From NCBI GenBank assembly GCA_965140585.1, contig OZ223264.1:160001-224000 (forward strand): a stretch of DNA of 64,000 bases. The letters are read 5' to 3'. The notes below the pieces were generated by a model. It had not been told where the DNA came from. It made no database searches and saw nothing but the letters and a program-made list of their open reading frames with translations. Within the stretch, counting starts at the first letter, position 1. Every line of letters begins with the position of its first letter. This stretch comes from Spirochaetia bacterium. Lineage in GTDB: Bacteria > Spirochaetota > Spirochaetia > UBA9216. Shown here one piece after another: positions 51,389 to 60,626 of the stretch. The position numbers and the translations under genes are program-made.

Positions 51389-54300
51389 ATGCCCGAACTT
51401 CAGGATATAGAAGAATTTAAAAACGAATTCGCAAGACTCGGAAATGAACCTCAAATTCGCGCGGAAAAGGGTGAAGTTATGCCCGAAATCACTCCGCCTG
51501 AAGCCTCCTCTACTGATGATCTGAGTGATCTTTTTGACGACACATCCTTATCTGATGACGGCGGGGATGATATCCTTGAGCAGATGTTCGGCGACGAACT
51601 TTCAGAACCTCCGGCCGAACCGGAGGAAGACCTCATTCAGGGGGCTGATGAAGAAATTCAGGAGGCTCGTGAAGGCTTTGAGGAAATCGTAGATTCTGAT
51701 GAGCTTTCCGATGACTTCGGCATTCCCGAAGGTCTTCTGGACGGGCTTGATGAATCTCTTGATGAGAGTGAATCTGAAGATGATGATTTCGGCTTTGAGC
51801 TGGACCTTGAACCTGAAGAGCTCACAGCACCGGAAGTAGAGGCTGCTGATGCAGAGGATGAATTTGATATAGATTTTGATACCGCAGCTGATTCCGATAC
51901 CGGGACCGAAGCCTCAGCAGACGATGAAGCTGATATCTTTGCCGACTTTGATGATGCTATGGATGATTTCGGTGTTCCTGAAGGTTTGACCGATGGTCTG
52001 GAAGAGGACCTGGCCGGAGAGCCGGAAGAAGATTTTGAAGTTGATTTTGAAGAGTCCATGGACGGTTTAGACAGCCTAGATATTGATGATTCTGCAGATG
52101 CATCAGAGGCTGAGGATGATCTTCTATCCGATTTTCTGGATGAACCTGATTTTGACGATACCGATGAAGACATAACTGATTTTAATGATTTAGGTGATGA
52201 ATCCGCAGCTGATCCCGTTGACTCGGAAGTTGACTTCGATATGAGCTTTGATGATGAGAAACTCAGTACTGACGAAGAAGCGGTTGAGGATTTTGGTGAA
52301 GAAGAGGACGCGAGCTCAGATTTCGATACAGACTTTTCAATGCCTGATGATTTTTCCGGGGAAGAAGAGTCTCTTTCTTTTGATGATACAGATTTTACAT
52401 TTGAAGATGAAGAGCCGGAGCAGCCGGATTTTAATATGGAAGATGACAGCTTCGGTACCGATTCTTTTGAGGACTCTTTTGAAGACGAAGCTGACGACGG
52501 TGAATCAGAGTTCAGTATTGATACCGAAGAGGAGTCTTCAGATGAGTTCAGTCTGGAAGATTTCAGTATGGGTGAAATCGATGATGATGATATTGAGGCC
52601 TCGGAGTTCAGTCTAGGGGATCTCGGCGGAGAATTCGGTCTTGATGACGGTGACGATACCGATTACGGCGTGCTGGAAAATATTCCCATGGAAGATCAGG
52701 ATGAATCAGCAGCCGGGTATAAGGATTTGTCAGGTGATGATAACTATGCCATTCCTGATGATGAGTTTGATGTAATTAAAAAGACCCTCATAACCCTTCC
52801 CAGAAACCTCAAAATAATAATAGAAGAGCTGATCGGCGAGAAGCGGCTTGCAGGGGAAAACCTTGAGAAACTGCTGAAAGGTCTTAAATCAGGGGCAGCG
52901 CCTAAAGAACTCGGCTCAATTGTTTCAAAGATTACCGGAAAAAAAGTCCAGATACCGACACAATATGAAAGAAAGACCGCTGAGGATTTTGAATCTGAGC
53001 GGGGAACATTCCTGTATGCATTTAAGAGAAACTTTATTCCGATGTTCAGAACGGCTATGCTTGCCGCTGCAGCACTTGGGCTTATTCTCTTTTTAGGTTT
53101 CAAATTTCTATATACACCGCTGCATGCAGAATCGCTGTATAAAACCGGTTATGAGGAAATCCAGGCTGGAAACTATGTGCAGGCCAATAATTATTTTAAT
53201 CGCGGTTTTAATGAATGGAAGAAGAAAAGCTGGTTTTTCAAATACGCTGAAGAATTTATAAATCAGAAGCAGTATCTGCTTGCTGAAGAAAAATATGAAT
53301 CACTTCTTGCATGGTATCCCGATGAACGGCAGGGAAGGCTGGATTATGCAGATTTGGAGTTCAGAATACTTGGCAAGTACCCTGAGGCCGAAACTCTGCT
53401 GAAGCAGCTTCTTGCTGATGATCTTTCTGATTATGATGCGCGGCTGATGCTGGGTGATACCTACATGGAATGGGCACAGGAGCTTAATCCGGTACTATAT
53501 GATGAAGCCCGCTTTAACTATGCCAAGCTTCTTGAGCAGTATGGGCACAGAGACGTGCTTCTTTTCAGAATGCTGAGGTATTTTATCCGGACCGATAATT
53601 ATCAGGAAGCCATGGTTCTGTATAATGCTTTTAAGGATAATCCGAAAGCCAAGATCGAACCTTCGATATATGCCGAACTGGCAGGTTATTTTATCGATAA
53701 GGGCCAGTTGGGCGATGTCCGTGATATTTTGTTCACTGCCAGAGCGCTTGATGAAAGCATTCCAGAAATTCACTATAATCTGGCCCGTTATTTTGAAATA
53801 CTCGATATTCCTGAGGAAGAGGATAAGGCTCTCAGTGCTGCAATATGGCTTTTTGAGAACACATCGCCTCTTACCTCTACCAGGACCGGAATGCTTGTTG
53901 ATTCATATAACCGCTACGGCACTGTTTTATATGATAGAGAGATGTATCTCGATGCTGAAGAATATTTTCAGAAGGCTCTGACAAATTACGAGGATGCGCT
54001 CGCTAGGGATCAGTTGAAACCCGAAGCCAAGTACGGCAGTATATATAGCAACCTCGGAGACCTTGCCTACTACATAAGCGGTGATTTTGATTCAGCCCTT
54101 AAATTCTTTCAGGAGGCTGAGGACAACCTGTTTACCAATCGTGATTTGAAATACAAGAAGGGCTATGTATATTACTATAATGAGGATTACCGCAAAGCTC
54201 TGATAGAGTTTTATGATACAGCGGAAGGTTTTTCAGTTGATAAAGATCTGATGTACGCAACTGCAAATACTCTTTTTAACAGGAATGATTTCTATCTTGC

Positions 54301-54676
54301 AGAAGGGATGTACATGCATCTGCTTGATATCCTGAATAAGGAGTATTCTGCCATCTCCTATCTGCTAATTGATGAAATTCCTGAACACCGGGCACTGGTT
54401 GAGAACCTGATGAAGGTAAGCAATAATCTGGGAGTTACCAAGTACCGACTTTATGAGAAAACCAGAGACCCGAAGAAAAATGCAGAAGCCATGGTGCTTC
54501 TGACAGATTCTACCGAATATTATGATTCCCTTGCCAGAGATCCCAACTCCCTGGAAAAGCCGAATACTGTTAACCTTTCTTATCTGAATTCCAAGGCTGT
54601 CTTCTACCCGGTAGAGGATTACAGACTCCAGATTTACGGAAGTATTCCACGGGATATGACAAAGCTCAATTTCTAA
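51389..54676 (+). CDS. flcA: Periplasmic flagellar collar protein FlcA (acidic N-terminus, TM, TPRs)
   Basis: MP.L..I..F....LG.EP start, long D/E/F-rich tract, LP.NL..., one TM segment and a TPR-rich C-terminus, matching spirochaete FlcA. Confidence 0.75.
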   Translation: MPELQDIEEFKNEFARLGNEPQIRAEKGEVMPEITPPEASSTDDLSDLFDDTSLSDDGGDDILEQMFGDELSEPPAEPEEDLIQGADEEIQEAREGFEEIVDSDELSDDFGIPEGLLDGLDESLDESESEDDDFGFELDLEPEELTAPEVEAADAEDEFDIDFDTAADSDTGTEASADDEADIFADFDDAMDDFGVPEGLTDGLEEDLAGEPEEDFEVDFEESMDGLDSLDIDDSADASEAEDDLLSDFLDEPDFDDTDEDITDFNDLGDESAADPVDSEVDFDMSFDDEKLSTDEEAVEDFGEEEDASSDFDTDFSMPDDFSGEEESLSFDDTDFTFEDEEPEQPDFNMEDDSFGTDSFEDSFEDEADDGESEFSIDTEEESSDEFSLEDFSMGEIDDDDIEASEFSLGDLGGEFGLDDGDDTDYGVLENIPMEDQDESAAGYKDLSGDDNYAIPDDEFDVIKKTLITLPRNLKIIIEELIGEKRLAGENLEKLLKGLKSGAAPKELGSIVSKITGKKVQIPTQYERKTAEDFESERGTFLYAFKRNFIPMFRTAMLAAAALGLILFLGFKFLYTPLHAESLYKTGYEEIQAGNYVQANNYFNRGFNEWKKKSWFFKYAEEFINQKQYLLAEEKYESLLAWYPDERQGRLDYADLEFRILGKYPEAETLLKQLLADDLSDYDARLMLGDTYMEWAQELNPVLYDEARFNYAKLLEQYGHRDVLLFRMLRYFIRTDNYQEAMVLYNAFKDNPKAKIEPSIYAELAGYFIDKGQLGDVRDILFTARALDESIPEIHYNLARYFEILDIPEEEDKALSAAIWLFENTSPLTSTRTGMLVDSYNRYGTVLYDREMYLDAEEYFQKALTNYEDALARDQLKPEAKYGSIYSNLGDLAYYISGDFDSALKFFQEAEDNLFTNRDLKYKKGYVYYYNEDYRKALIEFYDTAEGFSVDKDLMYATANTLFNRNDFYLAEGMYMHLLDILNKEYSAISYLLIDEIPEHRALVENLMKVSNNLGVTKYRLYEKTRDPKKNAEAMVLLTDSTEYYDSLARDPNSLEKPNTVNLSYLNSKAVFYPVEDYRLQIYGSIPRDMTKLNF

Positions 54677-54713
54677 AAAAAGGCTGACAGGGGTGCTTCC
54701 CGGTCAGCCTTTT
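54675..54713. terminator. Bidirectional terminator between flcA and ilvE
   Basis: AAAAGGCTGAC...GTCAGCCTTTT. Confidence 0.75.
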
Positions 54714-54735
54714 CTATAATAGATGCGTGTTTTAA

Positions 54736-55830
54736 TCAGATTGAATCAGACATCCACTTATGTTTATCTTCAGATGCTCCGTACTGAATACTCTTCAGAG
54801 CCTTAAGAAGGCTTGTTGTGAGTTCTCCCTGTTCCCCGTTATTAAAAACTGCGGTTTTTCCGTTATAGGTGATGGATTCAAGGAATGAAACTCCTGCCGC
54901 AGTTCCTGTAACAAAGGACTCTACTGCATCGCTAAGGACTTCATCGATTGCAATTTTTCTTTCTTCAACCGGAATTCCCATTTCTTTTGCAAGGGTGATG
55001 ACGGTCTTACGATTGATGCCTGGAAGAATTGTATCACCCAGTTCGGGGGTTACAAGCGTTCCGTTTTTAAGTTTAAAGAAAATATTACATGAAGATCCCT
55101 CTTCAACATATTTTTGTTCAACTGAATCCAGGAAAACTGCTTCCATGTACCCTGCTTTAACAGCCTCTTTTTTAGCAAGGATGGGAATAACATAATTTGC
55201 ATTACATTTAATCCAGCCTGTTCCGTTCGGGGTGGCCCTGAACTTGTCGGTTACCAGTGCCTTTGAGTTTCCAGGTGCAAAGTAAGCCCCTACAGGGGTT
55301 GCTACGATAACCACCCAGGGATGTGATGAAATATTCAGACCGATCGCCGGCTCGGAATATGTGAAGGGTCTCAGATAAACCGAGTGACCGGTAATATAGT
55401 TATCTTTTTCCCACTCAGAGTCGTATTCGGGATAGAATCCGCTGTCCTTGTTCAGTTTAACTACTTTCTTGCAGGCCTCGACGAACATATCCGCGGGAAA
55501 TGGCGGCATCATCAGTCCTTCCATTGAGCAATACATTCGTGATGCATTTTCATCAGGTCTGAAAAGTTTGAGGTTTCCGTCTTTTTGCGGAAAGGCTTTA
55601 AGCCCTTCAAAGCAGCCCAGTCCGTACTGTGATGTATAGTTTACCAGCGGAAGCTGGGGAAACGAGTTTCTCTTTGCAAGCAGTTCTGAAAAATCATCGG
55701 AAGAAAGAGCAGCTTCTTCAGCAGGAGTAAGATGCGGATTTTCGATGAATTCTTCAGTCCATTCATTATTTTCATTGTACCTGGCAATGTAGACCCATGG
55801 ATAAGTCTCGAGTGTAAAACCTTTAGCCAT
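54736..55830 (-). CDS. ilvE: Branched-chain amino acid aminotransferase (class IV)
   Basis: QYG..CFEGLKA, LFRP, K...NY, EEGSSCN, ILPGI.R and GTAA; RBS GGAGGAG before the ATG at 55830. Confidence 0.9.
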   Translation of the reverse strand: MAKGFTLETYPWVYIARYNENNEWTEEFIENPHLTPAEEAALSSDDFSELLAKRNSFPQLPLVNYTSQYGLGCFEGLKAFPQKDGNLKLFRPDENASRMYCSMEGLMMPPFPADMFVEACKKVVKLNKDSGFYPEYDSEWEKDNYITGHSVYLRPFTYSEPAIGLNISSHPWVVIVATPVGAYFAPGNSKALVTDKFRATPNGTGWIKCNANYVIPILAKKEAVKAGYMEAVFLDSVEQKYVEEGSSCNIFFKLKNGTLVTPELGDTILPGINRKTVITLAKEMGIPVEERKIAIDEVLSDAVESFVTGTAAGVSFLESITYNGKTAVFNNGEQGELTTSLLKALKSIQYGASEDKHKWMSDSI

Positions 55831-55972
55831 ATGCTCCTCCGTGAAATTCCATAATAATCCGATCGGATGCAACAATCAAGCACGGCAATTATTAATTTGA
55901 ATCATGATGAAGATAATTCAGTTTATATCAGTCAAGTTCCGGTGCTTTATATCAAAAATATCGAGGAGAAAA

Positions 55973-56008
55973 ATGAACAGTCTTAATTCAGTATTGTTTG
56001 GAGCCTAA
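55973..56008 (+). pseudogene. ssb: 5' stub of a spirochaete-type ssb gene interrupted by the integrated element (attL)
   Basis: RBS GAGGAG followed by MNSLNSVL|FGA*. The first eight residues resemble the MN.LNS.L-IEGNL start of spirochaete SSB paralogues, recalled from memory. Confidence 0.6.
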
Positions 56009-56059
56009 TTCATTGATTAAATACCCTTATATAATCTATTATAGGGTAAAGGATTGGAC

Positions 56060-57604
56060 ATGGAAAGATGTGGCGTATACTGTAGAGTATCAACGGAGCT
56101 TCAGAAGGACAATTACTCAGTTGAGAGACAAAAGAGCGATGGGAAGCAGTTTTGTTTAGATAATGGCTATGAATGTGAACTTTATTTAGATGTGCAAAGT
56201 GGTAGTACAATCTCTAAAAGAAGTGAGTTCAGTCGCCTTATTCATGATATTGAAGATAAGAAGATAGATATCATCTGGGTTATTGAGTTCAGTAGGCTCA
56301 CTCGTAACGATGAAGAAGATGCACTCTTCTTAAAACGGCTATTTAACGAATACAACATTAAACTGTTTGAGAATGGTATCCAAATAAAATTTGATAGCCC
56401 AGAAGACCAACTCTTCTACAATCTTAGAAGTTCAGTCGCTGCATATGAAAGACGAAAGATAGTTGAGCGTATGACTAATGGTCAGAGAAAACGCATTGAT
56501 AATGGTGACCGAGTCCTACCAAGACTTTATGGATATGAGCGAGTTGGAGACGGTTTTAAGATAAAAGAGCAAGAAGCCGAAGTAATAAGATTTATCTTTA
56601 AATTAGCCTCAGAAGATATGACTTTCGTAACAATCCAGAGAGAGTTGCTCTTAAAGGGCTATAAGATGCGTTTTGGCAGTGTTAATTGGCAAACTGGACA
56701 TATATCAAGAATATTACGTCAAAAGGCTTATATAGGTCAAATAAAGAACTCTAAAGGTGCTTATATAGAATCTTCCATGTATGAACCCATCATTGATAAA
56801 GAAACATGGGAAAGAACACAAGCCGTATTGAGGCAAAAAACTACAATTAAAAAGAACAAGAACTATAGAGTTGGAACCTTTGAATTATCTGGTCTTCTTG
56901 TTTGTAGAGAATGTGGAACCAAGTATTTCAGGAAGGCTAACACAAATAAGGGTATTGAAAGAGGATTCTACATCCACACATTGAATAGTAATGGTGCGTT
57001 TGAGTGTAAGGAGAATCTCAAGAATACAACTGTTGACGAGATGATTTTATTGTATCTGGTCAGAGGACTCTACGCTCATAATTTCAATGATACAGAAGCT
57101 GTCCTTGGTTTTTTTGAATCAGAGATTGAACGGCTAAAACGAGAGAATGAGCTTGTTCATTCAAAAATCGAAGATTTGAACAAGAATCTCAAGAAATTGG
57201 AGAATGACAAGAAAAAGTTAGTTGATGCCGTTATTAGTGAAATTTTTACCATAGATGAGATTAAAGACAAGAAAGCTGAGATTGATAATCAAATAGGGAT
57301 AATAAAGCAGCGAATCAATGAACAGAACCTGATTATGACCTCTGAGCAAGAAATGAAAGATAAGTTAAATGAATTCGCTGTGGAAGATAACAATGCTTTT
57401 GTTGATATGTCTCAGGTTGAGAGAAAAGAGTTATATATGAAGCGTATCAAAAAAATAACCCTCTACAATAGAGAGTTAGATATTGAGTTTATAAATAATG
57501 TATCCTACCACATTCCTGATATCTATAATCTGGAAGAACCATGGAAGGGTGAGTTTGATATGGCAAAAGCCTATGCTGAGGGTAACTTTAACACTGAGGA
57601 TTAG
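56060..57604 (+). CDS. Large serine recombinase (integrase)
   Basis: YCRVST..Q catalytic Ser, SG....R..F, SRL.RN, recombinase domain YGY...EAEVIR.IF, zinc ribbon LSGLLVCRECG and coiled coil. Confidence 0.95.
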   Translation: MERCGVYCRVSTELQKDNYSVERQKSDGKQFCLDNGYECELYLDVQSGSTISKRSEFSRLIHDIEDKKIDIIWVIEFSRLTRNDEEDALFLKRLFNEYNIKLFENGIQIKFDSPEDQLFYNLRSSVAAYERRKIVERMTNGQRKRIDNGDRVLPRLYGYERVGDGFKIKEQEAEVIRFIFKLASEDMTFVTIQRELLLKGYKMRFGSVNWQTGHISRILRQKAYIGQIKNSKGAYIESSMYEPIIDKETWERTQAVLRQKTTIKKNKNYRVGTFELSGLLVCRECGTKYFRKANTNKGIERGFYIHTLNSNGAFECKENLKNTTVDEMILLYLVRGLYAHNFNDTEAVLGFFESEIERLKRENELVHSKIEDLNKNLKKLENDKKKLVDAVISEIFTIDEIKDKKAEIDNQIGIIKQRINEQNLIMTSEQEMKDKLNEFAVEDNNAFVDMSQVERKELYMKRIKKITLYNRELDIEFINNVSYHIPDIYNLEEPWKGEFDMAKAYAEGNFNTED

Positions 57605-58620
57605 TTAGGTCTTTTCCTGACTGCTTCAGCGGCTTTTCTATCCTCTTCAGTTCCGGGGATATCTATCTTTGGAGCATCTTCAAGCCACATTTTGAAGAGC
57701 TGGTCTAACTGATTCTCATTGGCACAATTAGAACAGAATAATAACCCTTTAGAAGTAGGAAATAGCATACCTGAAATGAACAATTCAGGTTTGGATAACA
57801 GATACTCACCGGTTTTATCAGAATCAATAATAGTCCCATAATATCCATTTAATTGGGATTCTCGCCATTTACGCCTATCCATTATCTCTTCTAATGTAGA
57901 CTGAATACGCTTTCCACTCAACTTCCTATCAGACATTCTATTAACTATCTCATCTATAGTATCATCAAGGAGGATTTGGCCTTCTTGGGGTGAAGTCGTC
58001 TTCTTGGCTCTCGTAGGGGTAACATGTGAGGTCTGTTTTGATTGAGACATTTGACCCGTTTTGTTCTTTTTCTTGTACTCATCGAGGAGATTAGGCGGTT
58101 TCTTGCCTGATTCCTTGGCTGTCCTTCTAACTCCGTCATACAGACCATCAAAAACCTCATCTACCCACTCACCAACAGACTGCTCATTACGATTGATAAG
58201 GTTTGACTTACGCCAGCCATCTTTGAGCAGATTTTGTGTCTTATTCAGAAAGTGTGCTGCAAATATCCTTCTGTTCATTTCATTCTGCTCAGTATCAACA
58301 AGAAGCAATCCATTTGGAAAGAAGTCAAAGATACGAGCCTGCATCTCGTCCTTGTTCAAATAGTAATCATACAAATCAGATATCAAATCAGAAAGCATAT
58401 TATGCTGGTCCTGAAATACCTTGTCAGGAGTATCAGGATAGGCTTTCTGGAGGGATATAAGCGCCAATTTGGTAAAGAACTCCCATATTAGGTCCACATT
58501 TTCAGAGGTTCCGTCAAAGTAATCTTTGAATGTATTCCATATCTCATAGTGGTTATTAACTATGAAAGTCTTGATTTTGTAGATTCTCTCTGCTGTGTTC
58601 ATGTGTATATATTGCTTCAT
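57601..58620 (-). CDS. Orphan protein, probably leaderless
   Basis: 339-aa ORF convergent with the integrase; no recognised family. Confidence 0.75.
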   Translation of the reverse strand: MKQYIHMNTAERIYKIKTFIVNNHYEIWNTFKDYFDGTSENVDLIWEFFTKLALISLQKAYPDTPDKVFQDQHNMLSDLISDLYDYYLNKDEMQARIFDFFPNGLLLVDTEQNEMNRRIFAAHFLNKTQNLLKDGWRKSNLINRNEQSVGEWVDEVFDGLYDGVRRTAKESGKKPPNLLDEYKKKNKTGQMSQSKQTSHVTPTRAKKTTSPQEGQILLDDTIDEIVNRMSDRKLSGKRIQSTLEEIMDRRKWRESQLNGYYGTIIDSDKTGEYLLSKPELFISGMLFPTSKGLLFCSNCANENQLDQLFKMWLEDAPKIDIPGTEEDRKAAEAVRKRPN

Positions 58621-58627
58621 GAAAAAA

Positions 58628-58656
58628 AGTATAAAAAATTCAAAAAACTTTTACAA
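58628..58656 (-). promoter_or_regulatory. sigma70 promoter placing +1 at or next to the ATG of 57601-58620
   Basis: Minus strand TTGTAA-17 nt-TATACT-7 nt-ATG, with no SD. Confidence 0.6.
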
Positions 58657-58777
58657 GTTTGATTTTCCCGTGCGTGTATTTATATGAATCACTTAAAGAT
58701 TCAAATCCACAAAACACATTTCGGACTTCTCGCGAGTTAAAGGTGGCCATCGAGTCCTCCCATTTGGAGGAACAGAG

Positions 58778-59218
58778 ATGAACGAAATCATGCCTGTAAA
58801 AATCAATACAAACCCGAATCTCAAAAACTGGGATTACCGCAAATCAGTTACCACAGTTAAATCAACTGTAATCAACTGGAAGAAAGCCAGTACGGAACTG
58901 CTCGACGAGCTGTTCAAAGCACGAATGGCACTTTCTAAAGTGGGCAATCCGTTCCAACTCACCGAAGACGGGGTTGAGAAAAAGAAAACATGGAACGACT
59001 ACTGTGTCGAAATCGGGCTTAACCGCAGAACAGTTAATCGCTGGATCGATAGATATCTCAATCCTGAGAGAGACGTTGAAACTCCGGTGAAGGAGAAAAT
59101 CCTTACACATAACATACTCGTTCAGTCAGTAAAGAAACAGAAAGATGGTTCTTACGCTATCAGATTTGTTTGTCCTGAATGTGAGCAGATTCATACCATG
59201 GAGGTCGAAATTGACTAA
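58778..59218 (+). CDS. Small phage-type DNA-binding protein (HTH-like plus C-terminal CPEC Zn ribbon)
   Basis: TWNDYCVEIGLNRRTVNRW helix-turn-helix-like segment, CPEC..H, RBS GGAGGA. Confidence 0.7.
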   Translation: MNEIMPVKINTNPNLKNWDYRKSVTTVKSTVINWKKASTELLDELFKARMALSKVGNPFQLTEDGVEKKKTWNDYCVEIGLNRRTVNRWIDRYLNPERDVETPVKEKILTHNILVQSVKKQKDGSYAIRFVCPECEQIHTMEVEID

Positions 59219-60077
59219 TACAGTAATATCAACATTCGCAGGGGGAGGAGGCTCCTCCCTTGGTTACAAGATGGCCGGTTTTAAAGAACTCTTGGCAATC
59301 GACTTTGAAAAGAATGCAGTGGACACACTGAAAGCAAATTACGACTTTCCTGTTTGGCAGAGAGATATTTCTACAGTTACACCTGAAGAGATATTCAAAG
59401 CCACAGGTATTAAAAAAGGAGAACTCGATGTTCTCGATGGTTCACCTCCATGTCAGGGATTCAGTTTGGCCAATACCAAACGTGTTGTCGGTGATGAGCG
59501 GAATGACCTTGTATACGAGTTCATAAGACTTATTAAAGGTCTTGAACCAAAGACTTTCGTAATCGAGAACGTTGCGGGAATGGTGACTGGCAAAATGGCA
59601 CCTACTTTCTATCGTATCGTTCAGACTCTTAAATCTCTGAATTACAGAGTAGAAGCCAAACTCATGAACGCCATGTATTACGGTGTTCCTCAGAGTAGAC
59701 AGAGGGTCATTATAATCGGGGTTCGTAAGGACCTCAAAAAAATACCTTCATTCCCAAAGGCTTCATCAAAAAATCTGGTTACTCTTTCTGAAGCACTACC
59801 CCATATTGACGGTTATATCGAAGCTCAGTTTGAAAGAGCACATATTCCTGGAACTAAACCTGTCGGAACAATAACTAAAACCACAGGCATGATGTTCATC
59901 AAAAACAATAAAAAGGTCAGACCTGATATTGATGATGTCAAAGTTCTCTGTTCATTCCCCCGTGACTACATTCTGACTGGTGGTTATACAGCACAGTGGG
60001 CACGACTCGGGAATGCTGTCTGCCCCGCAATGATGAAGGCGATAGCAACGAATATTAAGCGGAATATTCTTAATTGA
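59211..60077 (+). CDS. C5-cytosine DNA methyltransferase
   Basis: Motif I FAGGGG, IV GSPPCQGFS, VI ENV, VIII QSRQR, X LGNAV. TTG start at 59211 with RBS GGAGGT, overlapping the upstream stop. Confidence 0.93.
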   Translation: MTNTVISTFAGGGGSSLGYKMAGFKELLAIDFEKNAVDTLKANYDFPVWQRDISTVTPEEIFKATGIKKGELDVLDGSPPCQGFSLANTKRVVGDERNDLVYEFIRLIKGLEPKTFVIENVAGMVTGKMAPTFYRIVQTLKSLNYRVEAKLMNAMYYGVPQSRQRVIIIGVRKDLKKIPSFPKASSKNLVTLSEALPHIDGYIEAQFERAHIPGTKPVGTITKTTGMMFIKNNKKVRPDIDDVKVLCSFPRDYILTGGYTAQWARLGNAVCPAMMKAIATNIKRNILN

Positions 60078-60552
60078 CATATTCCCATCGATACCCACCT
60101 GCATTTGGTCTTCTGCCTCTGCAAACTGAGCAGATATGACCTTTCTGTGCACCGCTGACAGAGGCAGCCATTTCTATTGATTCATAGATTTGGTCTGTCT
60201 CAATGCATCTAACTTTCCGTTTAAAAGGTGTGATTAAGTCAGTTTCATAAGCATGAATAGTATTATGACTATTCGTACACCATTCGAGATTCTCAACATT
60301 ATTATTTCCTTTATCACCATCAATGTGATTTACAACAGGAAAGTTGAGAGGATTTGGAAGAAAAGCCGAAGCAACAATGCGATGAACATAAAACCCTTTA
60401 CGTTTACCTTCATTCGATAAACTTACGGATTTATATTTATCCTTTCTAATTTTCGGCTTTAACCATCCTTTGCTTTTAAATGACCAAATACGACCATCTC
60501 TTGTAACAGCATAAGATGGAAAATCATTAACAAATCTAATTTCGGTAATCAT
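60070..60552 (-). CDS. NUMOD4-HNH homing endonuclease with C-terminal NUMOD1-like domain
   Basis: Y.VT.DGRI.S, VHRIVA.AF.PNP, VNHIDGDK.NN.V.NLEWCT..HN..H and SI..AA....I..VC.G.R..AGGY.W. Confidence 0.92.
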   Translation of the reverse strand: MITEIRFVNDFPSYAVTRDGRIWSFKSKGWLKPKIRKDKYKSVSLSNEGKRKGFYVHRIVASAFLPNPLNFPVVNHIDGDKGNNNVENLEWCTNSHNTIHAYETDLITPFKRKVRCIETDQIYESIEMAASVSGAQKGHICSVCRGRRPNAGGYRWEYVN

Positions 60553-60626
60553 AATGCCCCCTTTGTAGATAAATATGCAAAAAAAGGGGGGTGAAACTGA
60601 GACATTTGACTCAATAAGGAGAACAT

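Noticed and set aside
51480-52760. Long D/E/F-rich low-complexity tract with an internal DDFG.PEGL.DGL repeat, and Ser-rich antisense ORFs
   Set aside because: This is the expected acidic disordered region of FlcA-like proteins. The antisense ORFs (for example 51658-52173) are shadows of it.
59145-59210. N-terminal extension of the MTase given in the ORF track
   Set aside because: It overlaps the upstream gene. A TTG at 59211 with a GGAGGT SD places motif I at the usual N-terminal position.
60432-60441. Additional TATATTTATC copy inside the HNH gene
   Set aside because: It lacks the GCA prefix and lies in AT-rich coding sequence, so it is likely chance.
59211-60552. MTase plus convergent HNH as a type II restriction-modification pair
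   Set aside because: The HNH protein has the NUMOD4/NUMOD1 architecture of homing endonucleases, not of a restriction enzyme.
60070-60626. Group I intron carrying the HNH gene
   Set aside because: Both flanking genes look complete and only ~75 nt of non-coding sequence is available, too little for a ribozyme core.
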